This document shows positions 15,482 to 25,500 of a stretch of DNA of 55,532 nt, one piece after another (positions within the stretch are counted from its first letter, which is position 1; every line of letters begins with the position of its first letter). The position numbers and the translations under genes were made by a program. The DNA lies in IMG/VR virus record IMGVR_UViG_3300045738_001117, positions 1-55,532 of that record; one strand, given 5' to 3'. Below the pieces are notes generated by a model that saw nothing but the letters and a program-made list of their open reading frames with translations, did not search any database and was not told the DNA's origin. This stretch comes from a virus (taxonomy: Duplodnaviria; Caudoviricetes).

Positions 15482-17647
15482 ATGGCAACAACAAACATAG
15501 AACTAGACATTGAGAATATAACTGGGATAGGGTCTGGCAATGCAGACGCCCAGTTTATTAAAACTGCTCAAAAGTTTGTGGTATCAAGTATACCTAAAGA
15601 GTTAATGTTATGGGCGGGAACAACTACTTCGGTTGCTTCTCATGGTGGAGATTCTTCACCAACAGCTATAACAATACCACAACCAACTGATAATATTATA
15701 GATGTTCAAAGAAATGGATTTAGCGCTGAACAAGTGCCTGAATCAATGCAAGGATTTATTGCGAGTACTGCAAGTCTTCATTTAGCTACTGAAACATATC
15801 CTAAGTATTATATGCAAGCTGGTAATAAAATAATTGTAAAGCCCGACCCGAGTGATTCGGAAACGGCTCTTGTAAATTATGTAGATTTTTTAAAGGTAGA
15901 CGATGATTGCGATTTAAGAAGTGCAGTTATATATCATGCGTGTGCTAGTGAGTTTACAAAATTAGGAAGTGGTAAGATAACTGATTGGACTGATTTAGCT
16001 GCCCCTGTAGCGCCTTCATCCCCTGATTTTGGTAGTAATTTAACTATTGATGCTGTTGCCCCAGTTGCACCATCTGTTTCAGCTGCAAGTGTTACAATTA
16101 CAGGTACTGCGCCCACATATAGTTCTCCTGTGATTTCCTTAGGTGCAACTCCTACTATTTCAGATTTATCAATTTCTGTGTCTTTGCCAGTAACACCATC
16201 TTTAACATCAGTAACTTTTACTAGTATAGACTCAGATATTGATGCTAGTTCTCCTTTGTTTGTAACTGCGACTGTTTCTGCTGGTGACATTTATACTGGT
16301 AGTTCCCCAACATATATTAAACCACTTCTTTCTTCTCAGACAGCGTTTGCAGATTATTGGACATTAACTGATTTTGGGGACAGTGACCCAGGTTCAACTG
16401 TTGTTACTGCAGTGCCTCCTGATTCAATTGCGGATACTATATCTGATTTTTCACTGGATAGTGAATTTGATGATGCCATGTTAAATGCTAAGAACTTAAT
16501 AGATAACAATGCACCAGCAAGCGGCGATGATGCTTTTGATTGGATAAGTGAAGAAGACCCAGAGATGGTATCAGCTACATTACAAACTGCTTCTCAAGAA
16601 ATACAAAGAGCAAATGCAGCTTTACAAAAAAGTCTTCAAACATTTAATAGTGATTTACAAAAGTTTCAAGCAAGTGGAACTGGAAAGTTTAGCGCTGAGG
16701 TTTCTGCGTATCAAGCAGATGTTAACAAAGAAGTTCAGGAATACACTCAAAAGTTATCCCGTTATCAATTAGAATTAAATACGGTTTATACGGCTTGGTC
16801 AAAGACTGAATCTGATAATTTATCTAAGTATCAATCAGATATTCAAAATGAGTTAAATTCGTTTAATGAAAAGAATGCTGCGTTTCAGGCTCAGATACAG
16901 GAATCAATGCAAGAGATTCAAGTTGCCAATCAAGTTAATATTGCTAGAGCACAGGCTGATTTGCAGGTTTCTACTAGAAATGAAGATAGGAGTCAAGAGA
17001 GGCAACTGCAAAATGGTATTAATGATATGCAGGCAATTATAAATGATAATAACCGTATTATATCTATATTTCAGGCAGAAATTAGTCGGTACCAAGCAGA
17101 AGTTAGTACTGAAGTTCAGGAGTACCAACAAAATCTAGAAGGTGATTTGCGAGTATGGACATCTGAAAGACAAACTGATCTACAAAAATATAATTCAGAT
17201 ATACAAAATGCGCTGAATAGTTTTAATAAGGAAAACATAGAGTACCAAGCCCTACTCCAAAAAGATGTTACTGACGCACAATTAAGCGATGCTGATGAGT
17301 CTAAAAAGATACAGAAGTATTCAGCTGAGGTAAATGCATATCAGCAAGACGTAAGTAAAGAAGTACAAGATTTTTCTAATACCTTAAATAAAGAATTACA
17401 GGAATATCAAAGTAAAGTATCTCTTTATAATTCTAATTTGCAGAAGTACCAGGCAGAAGCTGCTGAAAAGACGCAAAAGATTTCTTCGTCATCTCAAAAT
17501 GCAGCTTATTATTCAAAAGAAGCTGAAAAGTATTATGGCTGGGCTAATTTAGAGATAAAGAGCTATATACAGAACAATAGTAAAATAATTAATCAAACAA
17601 TTGCTGCTCAGGCACAAGTCCAACAGCAGCAACAATACAGGAGATAA
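15482..17647 (+). CDS. Tail ring/adaptor-like protein with long Pro/Ser/Thr stalk and Gln-rich coiled coil
   Basis: PKYY...KIIVKP...VNYV...AVIYHA adaptor pattern, followed by repeats. Confidence 0.6.
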   Translation: MATTNIELDIENITGIGSGNADAQFIKTAQKFVVSSIPKELMLWAGTTTSVASHGGDSSPTAITIPQPTDNIIDVQRNGFSAEQVPESMQGFIASTASLHLATETYPKYYMQAGNKIIVKPDPSDSETALVNYVDFLKVDDDCDLRSAVIYHACASEFTKLGSGKITDWTDLAAPVAPSSPDFGSNLTIDAVAPVAPSVSAASVTITGTAPTYSSPVISLGATPTISDLSISVSLPVTPSLTSVTFTSIDSDIDASSPLFVTATVSAGDIYTGSSPTYIKPLLSSQTAFADYWTLTDFGDSDPGSTVVTAVPPDSIADTISDFSLDSEFDDAMLNAKNLIDNNAPASGDDAFDWISEEDPEMVSATLQTASQEIQRANAALQKSLQTFNSDLQKFQASGTGKFSAEVSAYQADVNKEVQEYTQKLSRYQLELNTVYTAWSKTESDNLSKYQSDIQNELNSFNEKNAAFQAQIQESMQEIQVANQVNIARAQADLQVSTRNEDRSQERQLQNGINDMQAIINDNNRIISIFQAEISRYQAEVSTEVQEYQQNLEGDLRVWTSERQTDLQKYNSDIQNALNSFNKENIEYQALLQKDVTDAQLSDADESKKIQKYSAEVNAYQQDVSKEVQDFSNTLNKELQEYQSKVSLYNSNLQKYQAEAAEKTQKISSSSQNAAYYSKEAEKYYGWANLEIKSYIQNNSKIINQTIAAQAQVQQQQQYRR

Positions 17648-17650
17648 AAA

Positions 17651-18121
17651 ATGGCAAGTAGAGTAGATTTTGCAGTAAGCGCAACACCAGTATTTAGTCA
17701 TGCAGCTGGTGAAGGAGCTGCAGTGGATGCTATTGCTGCTGACGTAGGTAAAAGTTTAGGAGGCAGCGGTAGTGTAGCTCATACATGGGGAACAACAGTT
17801 GGATATGCTTCTGGGAGTCCAACACTTGTAGCTGCAGGTACTAATTATGCAGTAGGCCAAACAGCATTAACACTTGGAACCTTTACAACAGCTAATCTTA
17901 TTTTTATAAAGCATTCTGGGTTCTTATCTAATGGAACAACTGCATCAACTGTTGATGTAAAAATTACTATGGCAGCAACCATAGCAGACGCAACTACTGT
18001 AGCAGTATTAGGGCCAGGGGAAGCAATCGTTTTGCCTTATGGGTCAGATACTGTAACTCCAACACTTTGGGCTGCTGGTAATGGAGAAGCAGTCGGTGTG
18101 GAGGTTATGGGAGCTGTATAA
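17651..18121 (+). CDS. Virion structural protein (paralog set A)
   Basis: LIFIKHSG...LGPGEAI. Confidence 0.7.
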   Translation: MASRVDFAVSATPVFSHAAGEGAAVDAIAADVGKSLGGSGSVAHTWGTTVGYASGSPTLVAAGTNYAVGQTALTLGTFTTANLIFIKHSGFLSNGTTASTVDVKITMAATIADATTVAVLGPGEAIVLPYGSDTVTPTLWAAGNGEAVGVEVMGAV

Positions 18122-18123
18122 TA

Positions 18124-18402
18124 ATGACAGTACAAGAAATAATGGAAAGAGCTGGTATTAAGGAAACTACGCTTGCAATAGCGTGGATGAAAGACGCATT
18201 CCATTTGCTTCAGTCAAATGTAAAAGAGCATACAAAGGTACAGAAGAGTAATATCATAGATGGAATACGCAAGTATCCATTCCCCGCTGATATGATAGCA
18301 TTAAAATCAATATCAGTTAAAGATACTACTGATAGTAAATATAAAAAGATTCGTAGGTTAATAGGTGAACCTACAGTAACAGAAGATACAGACCCAGAAT
18401 AG
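18124..18402 (+). CDS. Adaptor-like protein, N-terminal half
   Basis: MTVQEIMER helix pair plus KYPFPADMI. Confidence 0.6.
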   Translation: MTVQEIMERAGIKETTLAIAWMKDAFHLLQSNVKEHTKVQKSNIIDGIRKYPFPADMIALKSISVKDTTDSKYKKIRRLIGEPTVTEDTDPE

Positions 18403-18415
18403 GAGAATAAGCAAT

Positions 18416-18577
18416 ATGCCAAGTCCAGAAGAATGTGCAAAGAAATTTACAGCTGGTTCAAAAAAATACAAAGAATGTGTTCTCTACAAAGGTAAATTTA
18501 AAAAGAAGAAAGATAGTAATCAGACTGGTGTTAAACCATCTGGAGAACCTAATAGAAGACAATATGGTGGATATTAA
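18416..18577 (+). CDS. 53-aa basic protein (MPSPEECAKKF...)
   Basis: Read manually; AGGAG SD. Confidence 0.65.
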   Translation: MPSPEECAKKFTAGSKKYKECVLYKGKFKKKKDSNQTGVKPSGEPNRRQYGGY

Positions 18578-18580
18578 AGA

Positions 18581-18841
18581 ATGACACTTTCTGAGGTAAT
18601 GAAATTCCAGAAAGAGAAACCCAGTAATAAGATTAATATAGTTCTACATATGCCTGAAGTTTCTTCTATGGTTCGTCATTTAGATATGTTATATACAAAA
18701 TTGATTGGAAATAAGTCAGAAGGACAACAACAAAGTGACGATGGTAATTCTCTTGTAGAAATACTTGGACAACCATATTTGCAAACGAGAGCTTGGTTTA
18801 ATCCAGGTCAAGGCATAAAACAGTCGGTGGCGGTTGAATAA
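18581..18841 (+). CDS. Hypothetical protein
   Basis: TAATG coupling to the next gene. Confidence 0.65.
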   Translation: MTLSEVMKFQKEKPSNKINIVLHMPEVSSMVRHLDMLYTKLIGNKSEGQQQSDDGNSLVEILGQPYLQTRAWFNPGQGIKQSVAVE

Positions 18842-19521
18842 TGAGTTATGATACACATAGAACGTGGCTTTATAGATTAGAAGGTAGGAATATCCATTTG
18901 TACCAGTATATAGATGGAGTCGCAACAGATACACTTGCGGGATATAGAATTAGGCTTCCTAGTGAGTATTATGGTAAACAGTTAATATATCCTAATGAAG
19001 ACATAACTAATGGTTTAAGGGTAGAATATACTGCATTAATAGAACCATTTGTAGGAGATGCATGGGAGGATTTAACTGGAACATCGAGCGGGACAGATAT
19101 ATCTTTTTCTACTACAGTTCTTACAGGAGCTGGTACAAATGATGGATTTGCAATCGGTGATAGAGTAAGAATCATAGGGTCTGCTAGTAATGATGGAGAT
19201 TATACATCAACTAATGAAGATGATAATACCCTTACATTCCCATCGGCTACATTTACAACTGAAACTGCTGGTGAAAGTATTACAGTATACCAAATACCTT
19301 TAGAAGATATTACTCCAGATGAAACAAACCATATAAATTTAAACAGATTGCTAAGCTTAGCAGTAGTAGACTACTTAAAAGCACAGATTTTAGAGTCTAA
19401 GGGTGATATTCAGATGAAAGAATATTATATGCGGGAGTTTTGGAAGAAAGTAGGCGACAATGAAAGTAATAAGAGAAAGATTTCAATGACATTTCCAACT
19501 TCTCCATTTGCAATTAGATAG
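18841..19521 (+). CDS. Adaptor-like protein, C-terminal half with beta-rich insertion
   Basis: WLYRLEGRNI...LIYP...GLRVEY...LAVVDYLKA. Confidence 0.6.
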   Translation: MSYDTHRTWLYRLEGRNIHLYQYIDGVATDTLAGYRIRLPSEYYGKQLIYPNEDITNGLRVEYTALIEPFVGDAWEDLTGTSSGTDISFSTTVLTGAGTNDGFAIGDRVRIIGSASNDGDYTSTNEDDNTLTFPSATFTTETAGESITVYQIPLEDITPDETNHINLNRLLSLAVVDYLKAQILESKGDIQMKEYYMREFWKKVGDNESNKRKISMTFPTSPFAIR

Positions 19522-19524
19522 GAC

Positions 19525-19911
19525 ATGGCAGATAGAATAATATATAAAAATCATTGTACACCACAGGAGAAACTAGCTTTTGCTGGTGGAGATAGATGGT
19601 ATTTAGATAGTGACTGTGGAAGAAAACTCACTGGTATTGCTGAGTCTAAATCTACATCTATTGGCACCCCAGTAACGGGAACCTTTTCAAGCACAATTAA
19701 TTTAACAAGTGTTAAGTTTGTCCATGTAAAAAATACTGATACATCAGGTAGTGATTATCTTCTTATAAACATAGATAGTATGGGTGCTGTTATTAGATTA
19801 AACTATGGTGAATCTTTTTCAAGTGATGTTGGAGCTACTGGTTCAGATACTACTACAGTTGCTATTACTGCAAGTGGAACTCCAGATTTTGAATATATAA
19901 AGGGAGCATAG
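19525..19911 (+). CDS. Virion structural protein (paralog set A)
   Basis: FVHVKNT...LNYGESF. Confidence 0.7.
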   Translation: MADRIIYKNHCTPQEKLAFAGGDRWYLDSDCGRKLTGIAESKSTSIGTPVTGTFSSTINLTSVKFVHVKNTDTSGSDYLLINIDSMGAVIRLNYGESFSSDVGATGSDTTTVAITASGTPDFEYIKGA

Positions 19912-19913
19912 AT

Positions 19914-20441
19914 ATGCCAGACCCAGCAACAGCAAGAAGAGTTATATTTAGTACCTATGTAATTCCTCAGGAGAGCTTGGCTTTAGAGGAAAATACTTCG
20001 TCTGAATTAACAAAATATGCAATAGAAGGTGGGGCTGGGAGAGCATATGGTGGTAAGGGCACAGTTGACACTACAGCAGACCAGTGGGGAGAAGCATGGA
20101 CTTCTATGAACCATTTTCTGCAATATTGGCAGGATATGGGTAGTAATTGGGAGGATGAGGGAGTAGGATGGGATGGAACTCAAACTATAAGTGCTGAAAC
20201 TTATTTAAATGTAGACTCAGCTTCTTCCAGTAATCCAGTACTATTTTTATACATAAGAAACTTAGGAACTGCATCAGATCAAGGTTTAAAGGTTAGTTTA
20301 GATGACGATGCTTACGGAATATATATTCCTCCAAAGGGAAGTTTATCTTTAAGAGGTGACGGTACTAATCTTCAAATGGATAATGTGAAGGTAAATAAAG
20401 TCACAAGTAATACAACAATAGAGTTTATAATAGCAAAATAA
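19914..20441 (+). CDS. Virion structural protein (paralog set A)
   Basis: FLYIRNLG...IPPKGSL. Confidence 0.7.
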   Translation: MPDPATARRVIFSTYVIPQESLALEENTSSELTKYAIEGGAGRAYGGKGTVDTTADQWGEAWTSMNHFLQYWQDMGSNWEDEGVGWDGTQTISAETYLNVDSASSSNPVLFLYIRNLGTASDQGLKVSLDDDAYGIYIPPKGSLSLRGDGTNLQMDNVKVNKVTSNTTIEFIIAK

Positions 20442-20463
20442 TGCATTAGTAGGGGATACTGAA

Positions 20464-21774
20464 ATGGCAACTTTAGCGGGAAGCACAATTGCTTCAACAT
20501 ACGACAGATTATTAGCACTTCCAAGCGGAGGGCTAAATGGTACTACTTTAGTAGCATTAACTGACGGGAATGCTAGTGGTACAATTAGTTTACAAGTAGC
20601 AACCACTAAAACAATGATAGAGGGTAGTGGAAATAAATTATTTTTCCATGATGAGGGTGATGAGCATATATCGGCTACAGGGGGGGTGCTAAGTATAGCT
20701 GGTGGTTCTGAAATAGATTTAACAGCTACAGCTATTGATATAAATGGAACTGTAGATATAAGTGGCACTTTAGCATTAAATGATGATGTTACAATAATAC
20801 AAAATAAGAAAATATATTTTGATTCTACTGATACGTACATTTATGCAAATACCGATAATCCAGAGGATTTAGTTATTGGGGCTGATGCTGATATTATACT
20901 GGAACCAGATGGTAGCATTGGCATTAAAGAGTCTTCCCCTCTTGCTACACTTCATATTAATTCAAGCGGTTTAGGAGATAATACTACTGCACTAAATTCA
21001 GGTGCTGATGATTTGTGTCTTGAAAGTGCTAGTGGAAACTGTGGTATGACTATTTATAGTGGAGGCACTACTAGTTTAGGACTTATTTATTTTGGTAGCG
21101 ATACTGCTACTAATGAGGGTAACATTATTTTTACTCATAGTGGCACTGCTGATAGCAGAAAATTTTCATTTGGGTTTAGTTCTTCTATTAAATTTAATTT
21201 CTTGGCTACCAGTAATCTTGGTATTGGGAGTGCTGCTGTTTTTGATAGTGGAGTAAGATGTATAGGTTTAAATAATGGGACAGACCCTGGCGGAGCAACT
21301 GCTAATACAGCATGCCTTCTTGCTTTAAGTGGAGAAATGAATTACACTGATGCTTCGGGTAATATTGCAACTCTTGATAGTCTTTCTGATGAAAGAGCAA
21401 AGGATAATATTGCTGTAATACCAGATGCACTTTCACGATTAGCAAATTTAAAGGGAGTTACCTTTAACTATGTTTCATATGAAGACAGTTCTCTTCCATT
21501 TAAAGACAGTATTGCAGATGATGTAAAGTTTGCTTCCCATGAAAAATATAGTGATAATAAAAGAGTTGGGGTTATAGCTCAGGATGTTGAGAGGGCTTAT
21601 GATGGACTTGATATTACAAATGCTGTTATGAATCTTGCAGTAGAATCAGCAGATAACGATGATCCAGAAATATACGGAGATATATTAAAAACAAGGGAGA
21701 GCACACTTATTCCTCTTCTTATAGAAGCAGTAAAAGAATTATCAGCTAAGGTAGACGTACTTGAAAGTGCATAG
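20464..21774 (+). CDS. Tail fibre/spike with C-terminal peptidase S74 chaperone
   Basis: GSIGI...P.ATLHI fibre motif; SDERAKDNI, GVIAQDVE, LIPLLIEAVKELS. Confidence 0.88.
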   Translation: MATLAGSTIASTYDRLLALPSGGLNGTTLVALTDGNASGTISLQVATTKTMIEGSGNKLFFHDEGDEHISATGGVLSIAGGSEIDLTATAIDINGTVDISGTLALNDDVTIIQNKKIYFDSTDTYIYANTDNPEDLVIGADADIILEPDGSIGIKESSPLATLHINSSGLGDNTTALNSGADDLCLESASGNCGMTIYSGGTTSLGLIYFGSDTATNEGNIIFTHSGTADSRKFSFGFSSSIKFNFLATSNLGIGSAAVFDSGVRCIGLNNGTDPGGATANTACLLALSGEMNYTDASGNIATLDSLSDERAKDNIAVIPDALSRLANLKGVTFNYVSYEDSSLPFKDSIADDVKFASHEKYSDNKRVGVIAQDVERAYDGLDITNAVMNLAVESADNDDPEIYGDILKTRESTLIPLLIEAVKELSAKVDVLESA

Positions 21775-21778
21775 TAAA

Positions 21779-22102
21779 ATGGGAAATTACAAAAGTATAA
21801 TTGCAGCTATTATCGGCATTGGGACAGTAGTCGGGACTGCTTTTACAGTTGATAGTAGATATGCTAAGTCAACTGATGTTGATTCTATATCAGCTTACAT
21901 TGCATCAGTAGATGATAGGCTTGACCTTAAGATACTTAAAGATCGTGCTGATGCTCTTCAGAGTAGGATGTGGAAGCTTGAAGATCGATATGGTATGGAT
22001 ATAATAAAAATGCCAGAAGGTGTACGAGAACAGTATCGGGAACTCAAGAAAGAATTTGACGAAATTATGGAAAAGATAAAAGGTAAGGTACCTAAAGGAT
22101 AA
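21779..22102 (+). CDS. Membrane-anchored coiled-coil protein
   Basis: N-terminal TM helix then coiled coil; ATG at 21779. Confidence 0.65.
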   Translation: MGNYKSIIAAIIGIGTVVGTAFTVDSRYAKSTDVDSISAYIASVDDRLDLKILKDRADALQSRMWKLEDRYGMDIIKMPEGVREQYRELKKEFDEIMEKIKGKVPKG

Positions 22103-22203
22103 ATTTGTTGAATGACAAATAGAGGTGCTGTACATTAATAACTAACCAAGATGCCCATGAGACAGCCAAGCTCGGTAAGGCATCATAACTAAGGAGAAAA
22201 AAG

Positions 22204-22515
22204 ATGGCAAAAGGACTACAAAGCTGGAGTGTAAAAGAATCGGGAGCCCCCGTAACTTCGGCTGAAATCAAATCGGCAACATTCTCTGCCAGTGCATCAT
22301 ATTCATTTTCATCATCAACAAGAGCTATAATGGGAGTAACTGCCGCCACAGGTAGCGGTACTTTGACGCTTACACTCGCTGGAGGAGGCACTCTTGTAAT
22401 ACCAAACGCAGCTATTAATTCTGTATTTGCACCTGGGTCGATAGTCCCATTTGCTTGTGATTCATTTGTGTTCTCAGCAGAAGAAACAGCTTTTGCATTT
22501 GTTGGCTTATTTTAA
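22204..22515 (+). CDS. Putative fibre base/structural protein
   Basis: AAGGAG SD; small beta-rich protein before the long fibre. Confidence 0.7.
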   Translation: MAKGLQSWSVKESGAPVTSAEIKSATFSASASYSFSSSTRAIMGVTAATGSGTLTLTLAGGGTLVIPNAAINSVFAPGSIVPFACDSFVFSAEETAFAFVGLF

Positions 22516-22533
22516 GGGTAGGGGGATAATACA

Positions 22534-25500
22534 ATGAGAAATTTAAGTAGGAGTGCTCCACTAACAGGTGGCGGCACAATATCAGGCGATTTAACTATAT
22601 CAGGTGACTTGTCGGTAGAAGGTGGAGGTTCTTTTACATATGATGAGATATTGACTGGTAATATGAATATAACTGGCGACCTTACTGTTTCTGGGGCAGA
22701 TTTAACTATTGTAGGTGCAACTTCAACAATTATAGCTGAGCAATCTGCTGGGGCTATAAGAGGAAATATTAAATTTATAACATCAGGTGGTGATGGTAGT
22801 ATTGCATTTGAAACAACAACTAATGGTGCTGGTGCAATAGCCGAAGCAATGAGGATTAATCACGATGGCAACGTCGGGATTGGAGCAACTCCAACAGTCG
22901 CTAAATTAGAAGTTCATGGTGGAACTCATAGTACCTCTTTATTAATAAAAGGTTCTGGTGGTGACACTGGTATAAAATTTGTAGATAGTGCTGGTAATAT
23001 AGATGGATATGTATATGCGTCTGGAGAAGATATAGGGCTTTTAGATATGGATGGTGATTGGGGGGTTAAAGTTGATAGTAATACTTCGGTAGATTTGCGT
23101 GTTGCTGGTTTAGTAAAAATGAAACTCGATGACAACTCCCGCATCTCGCTCTCGAATAATGATAGTGGAACTTCAAATACAATATTTGGAAAATTGGCTG
23201 GTGATGACTTGGCTGCTGGTGGTAATTATTCAGTCTTAATTGGAGAAAATGCTGGTCATACAAATAAATTAAGTGATAACAATATAGCTATCGGTTATGG
23301 TGCTATGGACTTGGCGTATATTGACGATACTGAAGATGCACTTGTCGCTGATAATATTTTTATTGGAAAAAATGCTGGTGGTGGAGATTGGGATTCTGCG
23401 GCTTCTCATTCAAATATAGCTATTGGTAGTGCTGCTCTTGCTGCGGCATTAGATGGGGCTTTAAATAATGTTGTTATCGGTAAGGAAGCGTCAGAGAGTC
23501 TAATTTCAGGTGATTATAATGTCGCAATAGGAAGTGCCTCTTTCAAGTCTTCACAAGGTGCAGATAAGTGTGTTTTTATTGGAGCGGATGCTGGTAAAGA
23601 CGGTAATGTTTCAAGTGATGGGCAAATAGGAATTGGGCATTCTGCATTGAAAAACCTCACATCTGGTGCTGGGAACGTGGCTGTGGGTTATCAAACTTTA
23701 GATGCCATTACTTCTGTTGGTTACTGCACAGCTATAGGACATCAAGCTCTATCTGCGGCTTGTGGAGCAGATAGCACTGCTGTTGGATACCAAGCATTAA
23801 TGGTTAATACTGCTGGAGATAATACGGCTATTGGTAAATCTGCTTTAGTTGATATGGTTGAAGGCTTTGACAATACTGCGGTAGGAAGCGGTGCAATGGG
23901 AGGAGCTTTAGATGCAACGGCAGATGCTTCAGAAGCAAATGTAGCTCTTGGTAAAAATGCTTTAGGAGGAGATTGGGTTACGGCTGTTTCAAACAACAAT
24001 ACTGCAATTGGTAGCTTTGCTATGGATGCCGCTATGGATGGGGCTGTGAATAACACTGCTGTTGGTCATAACTCATTAAGTGCATTAACTTCGGGCGACT
24101 CTAACACAGCTATCGGACATAATGCACTTCTTTCGTCTACTACAGCCATAGAGAATACAGCAATCGGGAATATAGCTGGTGATGCTTTAGTTGGTGGTGG
24201 TGGAAATACATTAGTGGGAGCAGGAACATTAACTACTTCAACGAGTGGTACTGATAATGTATGTATAGGGACAGATGCTGGAAGTGGTGCTGGAGATGTA
24301 GACGATACAGTAATTATTGGAAAAAGTGCCGCTGATGGAGCATTAACTTCTGACGCTGACGGTACAATTGCTATCGGAAAATCTGCTCTTGGAGCATTGA
24401 CATCTGGTGCAAAGAATGTCGCTATAGGCTATGATGCTCTTGGAGATTTAATTGAGGGAGACCATAATATAGCGATTGGTTATGATTCCATGAATGCTAT
24501 GGTAGGTGAAACTGGCGAAGGTAATGTTGGAAATAAAAATGTTGCTATAGGAACTGATGCAATGGGTTCTGTTAATGCGGGTGGACACGCAAGTTCTGCT
24601 TCAGATAGAAATATTGCAATCGGTTATGATGCTTTAAAGGGTGGGGCTTTGTCAGATGGTTCAGAAGGACATTTGGATGCCAATATTGCTATAGGAAATA
24701 ATGCCATGAACTCTACAGGTTCTAATTCTCAAACTGGTACAGTTGCTATCGGTGGTTCTGCACTCACAGCCCTCACATCTGGTGCTGGGAACGTGGCTAT
24801 AGGGTATACAGCAATGGATGAATTAACCACAGGAAATTATAATACAGCTTTGGGATATGCGGCACTTCATCAAATGGATTCTGGTGAGGAACACATGACT
24901 GCTGTTGGTTATCTGGCTGGTGATGCGGCTGATGGTAATACTACTTGTACGCTTATTGGTTCGCAAACAGACCCAAATACTACTGGTACGGACAATGAAA
25001 CAGTCATCGGATATAATGCAACTGGTGCTGGTGGTACTAACTCAGTAACACTTGGCAATGCTTCTGTTACCGCAGTGTATATGGCATCGGATAGTGGGGC
25101 TCATGTTTATGCTGGTGCTGGCACATTTGGTGGGAATACAAAAGTTACAACTTCAGATGCGGACACCACTTTTACGATAGAAACAACTTCAGGGTCAAGT
25201 ATCTTTCCAATTCTTGATTTTGTAAGTAGCCACTCCACTGTCGGTGCTAAAATTAGAAGCGATGGCGATGATGTTATAACTTTTGATAATTCACAAAATG
25301 TTGGGATTGGCGTATCACCGACTTATAGGTTAGATGTTCATGATGATACTACGGCTGGTGGCGGATATATGGCACGTTTTACCAATGATGGAGATAATGC
25401 AAATAGACTTGGTATTATCATTAAAGCTGGAGCTGACGATGCAAGTGGTACTACAAGGTATCTATTAGCACAGGATGGAGATGGGGGCACAGTTGGTTAT

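Noticed and set aside
18403-18840. Self-splicing intron in the split adaptor gene
   Set aside because: No group I/II core motifs seen; the gap is filled by two ORFs and the downstream half has its own coupled start
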